Of a DNA stretch of 20,000 bases, positions 9,629 to 17,932 are shown piece by piece. This DNA is from an uncultured virus (IMG/VR IMGVR_UViG_3300034072_000446) (taxonomy: Duplodnaviria; Heunggongvirae; Uroviricota; Caudoviricetes), in IMG/VR virus record IMGVR_UViG_3300034072_000446; one strand, written 5' to 3'. Position 1 is the stretch's first letter, and each line of letters opens with the position of its first letter. A model generated the notes under the pieces. The model was not told where the DNA came from and did no database searches. It saw only the letters and a list, made by a program, of their open reading frames with translations. The position numbers were made by a program, and so were the translations under genes.

Positions 9629-9826
9629 TTACTGCGGCGGCCAGGGCAGCGAGAAGATCTTCTGCTTTACTTCGTCCAGCAGGATCATTGCTTCACCCTT
9701 CGTCATGTTGGTGAAGTCGATGTTGACGCTCAGCGTGTCGCTCTGCGCCTCGGCCGAACCGGCTGAAAGCGCCACGTCCTTCAGCTCGACCTTGCCGCGC
9801 TGGACCGTGAATTTTGCAGTTGCCAT
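9629..9826 (-). CDS. Small hypothetical phage protein (65 aa)
   Basis: Fills the gap on the operon strand, has an AAGGA RBS upstream, host-like codon usage and protein-like composition. Confidence 0.7.
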   Translation of the reverse strand: MATAKFTVQRGKVELKDVALSAGSAEAQSDTLSVNIDFTNMTKGEAMILLDEVKQKIFSLPWPPQ

Positions 9827-9932
9827 GGCCCTTGTCCTTTAAGGAGGGGGCGGGAAACGTGGGGAGCATCGACGCGGCCATGCTTCCCGCCCTGCAGCTG
9901 CCTTTCAGGGGCGGCCGCAATTCATGCACCGG

Positions 9933-10379
9933 TCACTTGACCGATGCGATTTCCAGCTCGATCGTCACGTTGACGCCGGCGGCGATGCCGCCCACGGCTA
10001 GCGTGGCAAGGATCGTTTCCTTTGCCGCAACCGGCCCGGCGGCCAGCACGCTGGCCTTGGGACCGATCGAGGTCGGCGTGTCGAGCGGCGTGGTAAAGGT
10101 GCGGGCCGCCACATACTTGCCGGTATTCCCGGCAATGCCGATCGCCACCGTCGTTGTGCCAAGCGTCGTGTCGCTGTTGATGCGGATGCCGGTGATGATC
10201 TCGCCCGGGCGCAGTTCGCCCAGTACGATATCGTCCCCGGCGGCATAGACGGCGGCCGCAGGCTTGGTAGCCAGGATGATTGACTTCTTCGCACCGACCA
10301 CCTGGCCGTTTGCGCGATCTGCAGGGATCTTCGTACCGTCGAGGACGCCGATCTGCTGCGCTGCATAGAACCTTGCCAT
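9933..10379 (-). CDS. Probable capsid cement/decoration protein (Bbp16-like position), 148 aa
   Basis: Directly downstream of the major capsid gene, with an AAGGAAACACAGGA RBS. Beta-rich, Ala/Gly/Thr-rich sequence (AAGDDIVLGELRPGEIITGIRI) fits a jelly-roll cement protein. Confidence 0.6.
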   Translation of the reverse strand: MARFYAAQQIGVLDGTKIPADRANGQVVGAKKSIILATKPAAAVYAAGDDIVLGELRPGEIITGIRINSDTTLGTTTVAIGIAGNTGKYVAARTFTTPLDTPTSIGPKASVLAAGPVAAKETILATLAVGGIAAGVNVTIELEIASVK

Positions 10380-10459
10380 TTCCTGTGTTTCCTTGCTTCA
10401 GGAAGCGCACGTTGCGGCAGGCGGCTCGATCCGAAAATCTCGGCCGCCGGCCGTTTCGA

Positions 10460-11398
10460 TCAGCCCTTCTGGTTGAGGATGATACCCGAAAGCTCGGGTT
10501 CGACGCGCGTTGCTGCCAGCGTGGTGCCGGCAAACACCTGCACTGCACCCTTCTTGCCCGGCATGCGGTCGACCATCGTGCGGCTTTCCTGCCACCAGTT
10601 GCCGCGCACGCCCTGCTTCACCCAGAACGGCGTCTTGCGATAGCCGCTGCCATCGGTGGCGAGATCCGGGATCGTGGTGAGAAGCGGGTTGTCGAGCTCG
10701 AGGTGCAGGAACGTCCAGCCCAGCATGCGGATGATCTTGCCGTTGCGGAACTCGCCGCCGAACGCGCCCTTGAAATCGCTGCTGGTTGCCGGAACTTCCG
10801 AAAGCAGCGCGTCGTTGTCGTCGGCCGTCAGAACCATGTAGCGCACGATGTCGTCCATGTCGTCGTCAACGGCATAGCCCTGCGTCAGCAGCTTGTTGGC
10901 CGCGCGCAGCTTCATCGTGTTCATCTTCTGCGCACCGGCCGCGCCGCCCGTGGTCACGGCAATGGTCTGCCCGCCGGGGAAAGCCGTGCTGGTCAGGCCA
11001 TCCTTGCCGCTGATGATCGGCCCGTAGAACCCTTCCAGGATGCGGCGGGTCTTGGCGCGATTGATCGTCCCGGCGCCCGACTTCACTGACGAACCTTCGA
11101 GATCGATCGCAGTTGCCAGCTTGTCGGCATTATCGATCAGGTCGGCGTAATAGAGTTCGTTGGTCTTGGGGATCCACACGCCGTCATAGGTGGGATTGTT
11201 GTACTTGGTGTCACCGTGGCGTTCGGTGTCTTCCTGCGGCTCGGTATTGCCGACAAGATCCTGCACCTTGACCTTTTCGGCCCCGCTGTCGCTCTGCCAC
11301 TCGATGGCGTCAACCAGCTTGGGCTGCGTCTGCTGCACTCGCAGCTTCACGTTGTTCGAATACTTGACCTGCATTGCAGGCGCCACGTTGATCGACAT
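10460..11398 (-). CDS. Major capsid protein (HK97 fold; resembles the PF19821-type podovirus capsid family), 312 aa
   Basis: KYSNNVKLRVQQ, RHGDT, YADLIDNADKL, LLSEVPATSSDF, GKIIRMLGWTF and ATRVEP motifs; follows the scaffold gene; GAGAGG RBS. Confidence 0.9.
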   Translation of the reverse strand: MSINVAPAMQVKYSNNVKLRVQQTQPKLVDAIEWQSDSGAEKVKVQDLVGNTEPQEDTERHGDTKYNNPTYDGVWIPKTNELYYADLIDNADKLATAIDLEGSSVKSGAGTINRAKTRRILEGFYGPIISGKDGLTSTAFPGGQTIAVTTGGAAGAQKMNTMKLRAANKLLTQGYAVDDDMDDIVRYMVLTADDNDALLSEVPATSSDFKGAFGGEFRNGKIIRMLGWTFLHLELDNPLLTTIPDLATDGSGYRKTPFWVKQGVRGNWWQESRTMVDRMPGKKGAVQVFAGTTLAATRVEPELSGIILNQKG

Positions 11399-11584
11399 GG
11401 CTGTCGCCTCTCGTCAAAAAGGTTGGATTTTCCGATTTGTCCGAGTGGCTAAGGGCTTGCGCCGGCCTCTCTATCGTTTCACGCCCGCGATCGGCGGCTG
11501 TTCCACAGCTGGGCCCGAGCCGTATTGCTACGGTAAGTCAGGTCTTCGGGGCGGCTTGCTATCCGTCGATACCGCCAAACGACT
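11399..11584 (-). ncRNA. Candidate structured 5' leader (cis-regulatory RNA) of the capsid gene
   Basis: Non-coding stretch with consecutive minus-strand hairpins: GGCGG-TATC-GACG-GATA-GCAAG-CCGCC (11550-11576), CCGTA-GCAA-TACGG (11520-11533), GCTGT-GGA-ACAGC (11497-11509) and GGC-GCAA-GCC (11454-11463). The GNRA loops read as such only on the sense strand. Confidence 0.5.
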
Positions 11585-11620
11585 GGGGCGGAAGATGATT
11601 CATCTCCCGCCCCGCGTCAA
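11585..11620 (-). promoter_or_regulatory. Candidate capsid promoter TTGACG-N17-CATCTT overlapped by a 13-bp inverted repeat
   Basis: -35 at 11615-11620 and -10 at 11592-11597. The inverted repeat GGGGCGGGAGATG-AAT-CATCTTCCGCCCC spans 11585-11613. Confidence 0.45.
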
Positions 11621-11629
11621 CCCACTTGC

Positions 11630-12562
11630 TTAGGCAGCAGCCGCCCGATTGGCTGCTTCACCGGCCGCGTCGTTCAACCGCTTCCAGCGGGCCGCCTCCG
11701 GCGATCCGGCGATCTTGACCTTGGCAAGGAAGTCGGCGTCCTTGCTCAGACGGTCGATTTCCGCCTGTGCTTCGGCACCGGTCACACCGAACCTGCCCTT
11801 GCCGCCGCCGATCAACACATCCTCGGCCATGCCTTCACCAAGGCGGGCCATCAGGCTCAGCGCTTTTTCCGGCCCCCACACCGCGCGAAGCTGCTGCAGG
11901 TCCTGGCTGCTCAGGTCCAATGCGCGCGCCGCACGGTCGATCGCGGCGATCTTGGCACTTGCTTCGCCGCCCTGTTGCTTCACCCATTTCTGCGCCTGCG
12001 CATCGAGATCACGCTGTGCGCTTGCCAGCTGGTCAAGTTCGGCCTGGATATAGTCTGCAACCAGCCCCTGCATTGGCCCTTTCGGCAGGCCATGCTTGTG
12101 CGCAAATTCGGCAATGCGCGTCAGGGTCGCATCGTTCAGCTGGATGGGCTCGCCATTTTCGCCCACCGGAGCGGCAAATTCATAGCCGGCCGGATCATCC
12201 GGCACGCCAACTGCCTTGCGGTACGCAGCCAGCTCCTCAGGCGTCGCGTTCTCACCTGGCACCTTGATCCGCCCGCTGTCGCGCAACGCCTTCACGTTGT
12301 CTCGTGCAACCTTCGCCAGCTGATCGACATCCTTGATTCCGGCAGACTTCAGCCAGTCGCGCAACGATGGGCTGTCGTCTTCACCGGCGTCGGCGGAAAC
12401 ACTCTCGTACCAGCTGGGATCTGCATCGCCGCCCCCTTGCTGCTGATCGCCATTGCTGTCAGATCCACCTTGATCGCCACCGCCGCCAGCATCCCCGCCA
12501 GCGCCGCCCAGCAGATCCGCCGCGCCGCCGCTGCCGCCGTCTTCCCCGTCCTCAAATGCCAT
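11630..12562 (-). CDS. Capsid scaffolding/assembly protein, 310 aa
   Basis: Acidic, Gly-rich disordered N-terminus followed by IKVPGENATPEELAAYRKAVGVPDDPAGYEF and a helical C-terminus; lies between portal and capsid. Confidence 0.8.
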   Translation of the reverse strand: MAFEDGEDGGSGGAADLLGGAGGDAGGGGDQGGSDSNGDQQQGGGDADPSWYESVSADAGEDDSPSLRDWLKSAGIKDVDQLAKVARDNVKALRDSGRIKVPGENATPEELAAYRKAVGVPDDPAGYEFAAPVGENGEPIQLNDATLTRIAEFAHKHGLPKGPMQGLVADYIQAELDQLASAQRDLDAQAQKWVKQQGGEASAKIAAIDRAARALDLSSQDLQQLRAVWGPEKALSLMARLGEGMAEDVLIGGGKGRFGVTGAEAQAEIDRLSKDADFLAKVKIAGSPEAARWKRLNDAAGEAANRAAAA

Positions 12563-12893
12563 CGTCGAGCTCCATCAGTTTGCGGACTTCCATTTCGTCC
12601 AGGTTGAGAAGGATGCAGATCCGCACGAACACTTCGCGCCGCCCTTCCCGGCGGGCGAGGATGTGGGGATCCGCGTGAAAGATTGTCTTGCCGGCAGCGC
12701 CGCAAAATTGCGCCAGATCGCGCAGCACGATCCGCCCGGCGCGGTGTGGCTTGCCATCGGGCGCAAGGAACAGCCACCGCCAGATCCGACGCACCATGAC
12801 CTTGGCAAAGCGCTCCGGCACGCCGTGAAACACGGCCTTGAACTCGCGCGCGATCAGGATCGCCCGCTCACGCAGCCGGTTCTTTTCAGACAT
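12552..12893 (-). CDS. Bbp19-like protein, 113 aa
   Basis: F..PDG...GRIVLRDLAQFC...IFHADPH..ARREGRREVFVRI motif; conserved position just after the portal; TGATG overlap. Confidence 0.75.
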   Translation of the reverse strand: MSEKNRLRERAILIAREFKAVFHGVPERFAKVMVRRIWRWLFLAPDGKPHRAGRIVLRDLAQFCGAAGKTIFHADPHILARREGRREVFVRICILLNLDEMEVRKLMELDDGI

Positions 12894-14551
12894 CAGGCCG
12901 CCTCGCTGATCTGGTTGGCCTTGGCCAGCGACAGGTAGGCATCAGCACCGCCCTGCAGCTGTTCCACGCTCGCCGCTGCCTGCTGATCTTCGGCACGCTT
13001 GGCACGGCGCGCGGCGATGACTTCCGGCGAACGGATGTAGGCGGCCGGCACGCCCAACGCCTCGCCAAGGCCTTGCGCCACTGCATCGGTATCCACGGCA
13101 TCCGCCACTTCCGGGTCGATCGCGGCCAGCGGGCCCAGCGCCTCGATGTAGCGCAGCGTCTTGCCCGTCGCTTCCGCGCGCGCCATCTGTGCCAGCGGGT
13201 TCTCGTAATCGATGCGTGGCCATGCCCCGGCCTCGCGCACCACTTCCGGGAACGGCGCAATCTGCCCGGCGCGCAATGCCAGGTCCAGATCGCGGTTGGT
13301 CACCGGATGCTGCTTTTCCATCGCATAGCGCCCGGCATAGGGCCGAACCAGCACCCCCTGCTTTGCCATGACTTCAAGCACTTCGGTTGTCGTCATGCGC
13401 GAATTGGGATCCGTCAGGATCTTGTAGAACTCCTCGAGGAACGCGGTGCGCACGATCTGCCGCTCTGCCTCGATGTCCTGGCTGACCCACGGCAGCGAAC
13501 CTTCACCGCCCGGCATGCGCTGCACCAGCGGACGGCCTTGCTCATCGACGAGCCCAGCATTCAATCCGCCCGGCTTGGTCGAGATCGAGGTGATGCCGTC
13601 ATCGTCGTAGAACAGCAGCGCCGGATCTACTGCCTTGTTGGCTGCGCGCAGCGTCGTGTGGCGCATGGCGTTCAACCCGTTGATCGTCGGCAGCATCTTG
13701 ATGCCGGGGCTGCGGCCATACTTCTCGCGCGGGCTTGTCGTGTGGCGGCTCACCGATATCGGCATGGTGTGAAAACCGCGGCGGCGAAGATAGATCTTCT
13801 CGTCTACCGCCAGATAGCGCGACGCGATCGGCTTGCCGCGCCAGTCCATCGCATCGCGGTCCCAGCGCGTATTGGGCATCACCACGTGCAGCAGCTCGAA
13901 TTCCGTGTGTGGCTTGTTCTTTTCCAGTGCCTCGCGCATTTTCGGGGTTAGCGCGTCGAAACCAAATTCCTGTTCGCACTGGCGGGCCGTGCGGCACACC
14001 TTGCGCAGCACCGTGTCGACCAGGCCGGCCGCGTCCACGTCGATGTAGCATTCGGAGAGATGCAGCGTGCGGTAAACCATGCCCCGCATGCCGATCGCTT
14101 CCTGGTAAACCGGCGAAGTGCCGTAGCGCCCCAGCTGGTCCCAATCCTCGTTGGCCGCCACGCTGAAACCCGTGTGCATCGCGTGGCGGATGGCATAGAG
14201 CCTGCGCCCTGCATACTCGCACCATGCCTTCACTTCGGGCAGCTTCGCCAGATCCTCGTCTTCGAAAACGGGCCGAATGTAATCCTTTTCCTCGGGCGTC
14301 GTGATGGCAACGCCGGCAGCGGCAAATCGCTCGAGCGCGGTGATATGCGTCGGGTCGAAGTTGCGCTCGCCCCGGATATCGCCCTTGCTCTTGCTGTCGA
14401 ATCCGCCTGCGCCGTCCGGGAAACGTTCGTCGATCTCGCGCCAGGCGCTCTCATACGGCGCGCGCTCGCTAGCAAGCCGCTCGAGGTCGCGGATATCGTC
14501 CTTCGCCAGCTGGTCATCCTGCAGGCCGTCAAGGGGGTCCAACATTTGCAC
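12893..14551 (-). CDS. Portal protein (head-tail connector, T7 gp8 / BPP-1 type), 552 aa
   Basis: ERAPYESAWREI, DLGRYGTS-like QLGRYGTS, IDVDAAGLVDTV, EKYGRSPG, MTTTEV and IDYENPLAQMAR motifs. Confidence 0.93.
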   Translation of the reverse strand: MQMLDPLDGLQDDQLAKDDIRDLERLASERAPYESAWREIDERFPDGAGGFDSKSKGDIRGERNFDPTHITALERFAAAGVAITTPEEKDYIRPVFEDEDLAKLPEVKAWCEYAGRRLYAIRHAMHTGFSVAANEDWDQLGRYGTSPVYQEAIGMRGMVYRTLHLSECYIDVDAAGLVDTVLRKVCRTARQCEQEFGFDALTPKMREALEKNKPHTEFELLHVVMPNTRWDRDAMDWRGKPIASRYLAVDEKIYLRRRGFHTMPISVSRHTTSPREKYGRSPGIKMLPTINGLNAMRHTTLRAANKAVDPALLFYDDDGITSISTKPGGLNAGLVDEQGRPLVQRMPGGEGSLPWVSQDIEAERQIVRTAFLEEFYKILTDPNSRMTTTEVLEVMAKQGVLVRPYAGRYAMEKQHPVTNRDLDLALRAGQIAPFPEVVREAGAWPRIDYENPLAQMARAEATGKTLRYIEALGPLAAIDPEVADAVDTDAVAQGLGEALGVPAAYIRSPEVIAARRAKRAEDQQAAASVEQLQGGADAYLSLAKANQISEAA

Positions 14552-14569
14552 GCTCCGTTAGAAGAAGGG

Positions 14570-14596
14570 GAGGGCGGCACGTCGTACACCGCCCTC
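14570..14596 (-). terminator. Hairpin between the RyR-domain gene and the portal gene (weak terminator or processing site)
   Basis: Minus strand reads GAGGGCGGTGT-ACGAC-GTGCCGCCCTC followed by CCCTTCTTCT. The stem is strong with G-U pairs, but the U-tract is poor. Confidence 0.4.
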
Positions 14597-14612
14597 TTGG
14601 TTGCCCGCGCCG

Positions 14613-15533
14613 TCAGGCCGCGCGGAAAACCACATCGTTGCGCAGATCCATTCGGCGGCCCGGCTGCACGTCGAGCACGTCTGTGCGCGCCGCATAGGCC
14701 ACCTGCGAACCGTCGAGGAACAAGCCATAGCCGTGCAAATTCACGGGACCGGTCGCCGGGCCCACCACGACGAATTCGGGCAGGCGCAGCGCAAGGCCCA
14801 CCGCCGTCATGCCCCATGCCGGTCCATCGATCATGCGCCGCTCAAACGGCAGCTCGCTCTTCCCGTCAGAGAATACCAGCTCCACCGTCTCGGCCATGCT
14901 GATCAGCTCCAGCAGATCTTCCGGCCTGGGCTGATCATCCAACGGCCCGCACCTGCGCGGCTTCGATCCCGCTTTGCCCTTGCGCACCTTCGGCTCCGCG
15001 TCGATCTTGGCCACCTTCGCCGCAAGTGCATCGCGCTCGGCCGTCAGTGCGGCAATCTCGGTTTCCTGCTGCCCGACTTTGCTTGTGGCCTGGTCCAAAG
15101 CGCCTTCGATCTCGGTGAAGTTGTGGGCAGCAGCCTCGAGCTGGGGCGCAATCGCATGAACCAGAGTGCGAAACAGCGCATCTTTGAACTGCTGCGCCGG
15201 CGGCAATTCATCGAAGGGTACGATGCACGGATGGGTTTTCTTCTCGGGATCCTTGACCTCGCCATAGACCCAGCCATCTGCGACCTTTTCAGCCATCCAG
15301 CTGTCATGGCTGGCGCTGTCCCCCGCTTCAGGATTTGCCATGTGGAAGCGCACGCCATTGATTGCGGAAGAACGCTGCCAATCCGGCGCATCAAACCATG
15401 ACGGCTGACTGTCATCGCCAAGCGAACGGCAGTAAGCTGCATTCGCCGCATGGCAAACGCTGGCGATCAGACCAACGAACTCGGGGCTTAAAGCTTCCGC
15501 TTTTGCGGAACCTTGTGGACTTGTATCTGTCAT
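14613..15533 (-). CDS. RyR-domain protein fused to a coiled coil and an unassigned beta-rich C-terminal domain (306 aa)
   Basis: SHDSWMAEKVADGWVYGEVKDPEKKTHPCIVPFDELPPAQQFKDALF is the RyR repeat signature (PF02026-like). Likely start is the ATG at 15533 with a GAGGAGG RBS. Confidence 0.85.
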   Translation of the reverse strand: MTDTSPQGSAKAEALSPEFVGLIASVCHAANAAYCRSLGDDSQPSWFDAPDWQRSSAINGVRFHMANPEAGDSASHDSWMAEKVADGWVYGEVKDPEKKTHPCIVPFDELPPAQQFKDALFRTLVHAIAPQLEAAAHNFTEIEGALDQATSKVGQQETEIAALTAERDALAAKVAKIDAEPKVRKGKAGSKPRRCGPLDDQPRPEDLLELISMAETVELVFSDGKSELPFERRMIDGPAWGMTAVGLALRLPEFVVVGPATGPVNLHGYGLFLDGSQVAYAARTDVLDVQPGRRMDLRNDVVFRAA

Positions 15534-15544
15534 CGCACGCCTCC

Positions 15545-15805
15545 TCAACTGCCGACTACCAATCGGCCGATTTGCCCGGCACTCGGCTCGCCCGATGCCC
15601 CGGAAATGATGTCCGCTGCAGCGCCGCGTCGGCGCGCCAGCAGCAAATCACGCTCGGCTTGTGCCCGCGCGTCGTCGCGTGTCGGCATTGCCATTGATGT
15701 GGCCGCCTTTTTCTTGCCGAGCAGGGCCTTCGCACCCAGCCCAAGCAACCCGCCACCGAGAAGGAATTTGCCGATCCCGCCAATGGCCTTCGCAACAAAA
15801 CTCAT
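15545..15805 (-). CDS. Small virion-associated protein (T7 gp6.7/7.3-like position), 86 aa
   Basis: ATG at 15805 with a GAGGAG RBS just after the TerL stop. Gly/hydrophobic N-terminus and RRRGAAADIISG motif are typical of the small gene preceding podovirus portals. Confidence 0.65.
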   Translation of the reverse strand: MSFVAKAIGGIGKFLLGGGLLGLGAKALLGKKKAATSMAMPTRDDARAQAERDLLLARRRGAAADIISGASGEPSAGQIGRLVVGS

Positions 15806-15806
15806 G

Positions 15807-17366
15807 TCACCGCACTCCTCTGAAAACATCAAACTCACTGTCATTGCGCACGCGCGTGCCTTCCGGCCGCCGTTGCTTGCCGCGCAGATCTGAAATGACG
15901 TGTTCCCCCTCGAGCGCGGCGTATTGTTCGGCGTCGGCCACGTGGGTGTAGATCGTGTCCGCGATCTCTAGGTGACCGCGCTTCTCGCCGGTCGAAAGTT
16001 CCTCTTTCTGGTAGCGATAGCCGCCCGAATGCGCCTTGATCAGGTGGCGGCACTGCGGGTCCACCATGTAGCCATGGCGCTCCGATTGCGCTTTCCAGAT
16101 CGCTTCGTTGCGTAGTGCCGCCCGGTTGCTTTTCGCCTTGTGAATTTTGCCCAGACCAAGCGCGGCCTGGCACGCAAGGATCCAGTCATGCTCGTTGTCC
16201 TCGCGGTCGCCGGCGGCAAATGCAGCAGGGTCCGCCACAAACCGGATGTCTTCCTTTTGAATATTCGGGTAGCGCTCGATGATCGCGTTGCGCAGCTTTC
16301 GGCCGAACGCGCTGGGGCCAACCTTCAGCAGCTTCTTGCGATCGTCGGAAAGGTTGACCACCTCGAACAGCGTGCGGATGTGCCCGTAATCGTCGCGCTG
16401 CAGGCCCACGGCCGCCGCGAACAATCCCTGGTCAATGCCGACAACCAGCTTGCGGCGCGGGTTGTAGATGCACTGCCCAACGTGCGCCGAATGGTTGAAC
16501 TCGCCGTTCACCGGCTTGCCGAACATCATGGCCACCGGCTTGTTGTGCACCATGCGGTCGACATATCCCGGCTTGTGCTTGTTCGCCGCCACCTGCAGCA
16601 CGTAGTAACCGCGCCCGCCCGGCAGGTTATGGATGTTTTCGGCATCCGGTTCCATGCCACCCGGCTGCACAAATGTTTCCACCAGCGGCCGCCCGCCCAA
16701 CACCTGCTCTAGCTCGCCCTTGTCCTGCTCGGTCAAGCCCTCGATCTCTCGATCCATCGCCAGTACGTAGGCGTGGTTCTCGATATCCGGCATGTTCATC
16801 GAAATGATGATTTGCGGATCGACCACCAGCGATGGGTCTAGGTCCGAAAAGCGCCCGACACGGCCTGTCAGGTACGGCACCAGGTCCGAAGGCTGAAGGT
16901 CGGCCTCGTCCACGATCACCGCGTTGACTTCCCAGCCACGACAGGCCTCTTCCACGCTCTGATCGCCGATCGCGCGGAACTCGAATTCCACATCCAGCAC
17001 GTCGATCGGGCGGCCGTCGGCATCGCGGCGCAGGACCTTGCGAAAGTTGTGCGTGAACGGGGCCGACCACAGGAATTTGCCTTCCTCCTCCGGCACGATG
17101 TTGAACCAGCTTTTCAGCGTGGTTGATTTCAGGCTCGGATAGCTTTCACGGATCACGCCAATGCGCGCCTTGCGCCACGTGATGCCGCTTTCGTCCTTCA
17201 CCCCGCCCTGCATCGCGGCCACGCGCAGGCCCTTCTGCAGTGCCGCCATCGTTTTGCCCGATCCCACCGGGCCGATGATGTTGCAGATGAATGCACGGCT
17301 GCGCATGAAGGCATCGGCAACCGGCCCCGGAGAGCGCAGGCGGCGCGGCTTGGATGGCATTTTCAC
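15807..17366 (-). CDS. terL: Terminase large subunit, 519 aa
   Basis: Walker A GPVGSGKT, Walker B VIVDEAD, RNase H-like VVGIDQG, ADPA and C-terminal HVADAEQY. Confidence 0.93.
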   Translation of the reverse strand: MKMPSKPRRLRSPGPVADAFMRSRAFICNIIGPVGSGKTMAALQKGLRVAAMQGGVKDESGITWRKARIGVIRESYPSLKSTTLKSWFNIVPEEEGKFLWSAPFTHNFRKVLRRDADGRPIDVLDVEFEFRAIGDQSVEEACRGWEVNAVIVDEADLQPSDLVPYLTGRVGRFSDLDPSLVVDPQIIISMNMPDIENHAYVLAMDREIEGLTEQDKGELEQVLGGRPLVETFVQPGGMEPDAENIHNLPGGRGYYVLQVAANKHKPGYVDRMVHNKPVAMMFGKPVNGEFNHSAHVGQCIYNPRRKLVVGIDQGLFAAAVGLQRDDYGHIRTLFEVVNLSDDRKKLLKVGPSAFGRKLRNAIIERYPNIQKEDIRFVADPAAFAAGDREDNEHDWILACQAALGLGKIHKAKSNRAALRNEAIWKAQSERHGYMVDPQCRHLIKAHSGGYRYQKEELSTGEKRGHLEIADTIYTHVADAEQYAALEGEHVISDLRGKQRRPEGTRVRNDSEFDVFRGVR

Positions 17367-17932
17367 GGTTCGCGCTCCTCGTCATCATCGATCGGCGCAA
17401 ATTCAGCCTCGAGGATATCCGCCATTTCGTCGCTGGTGTGTGTGACGCCCTCGATGATCAGGTCAGACACGCCCGCGAAGTTCATTTCCACCTTCACCGG
17501 CATCTTGCCCTCGATGTAGGGCAGCAGCGATTCCGCACAGCGCACGCGCAGCTGCTCGGCATCGCCGATCGTCATACGGCGCTTGGGCGGATCCATCGCG
17601 GCCGAACGCTCCACCAGGACTTCCGCTGGCGTGCTCTGGATCTGCATCAGCGTCACCGCCGGATGCTGCCCGAAACCGAGGATGAACTTGCGAAAATCAT
17701 CCGTCCGGCGGTTGCGAACACCCTTGGGGCGGCCGCGCCTGCGCGCTTCCTGCAGCACCGCCACCGGCCCTGCCTCGCGCCCCAACGTTTCGCGAGCCAT
17801 GACGATGTCTTCGGGATCCGGCACGCCCAGCAAATCCAGCTGCTCGGCCTCGTGGCTGGCCGCACGTTCAACCAGCGCCTTTGCATCGCGGATCATTTCG
17901 TCAGCAGGGTTTTTCGCGGGGTCAGTTGACAC
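17363..17932 (-). CDS. Probable terminase small subunit, 189 aa
   Basis: Directly upstream of TerL with a GTGA overlap. Basic RRRGRPKGVRNRRT DNA-binding motif, RCAESLLPYIEGK motif and acidic tail. GTG start with a GGGGTGA RBS. Confidence 0.75.
   Translation of the reverse strand: MSTDPAKNPADEMIRDAKALVERAASHEAEQLDLLGVPDPEDIVMARETLGREAGPVAVLQEARRRGRPKGVRNRRTDDFRKFILGFGQHPAVTLMQIQSTPAEVLVERSAAMDPPKRRMTIGDAEQLRVRCAESLLPYIEGKMPVKVEMNFAGVSDLIIEGVTHTSDEMADILEAEFAPIDDDEEREP

Noticed and set aside
10379..10470. T7 gp10A/10B-style frameshift or readthrough fusing capsid to the next gene
   Set aside because: The downstream gene is out of frame with the capsid stop, its frame is closed by a TGA at 10398, and no clear slippery heptamer is visible.
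5838..15844. ORF-track start sites at 6377, 15548 and 15844
   Set aside because: Downstream ATGs at 6284, 15533 and 15805 have good RBSs and avoid overlap with the upstream gene body.
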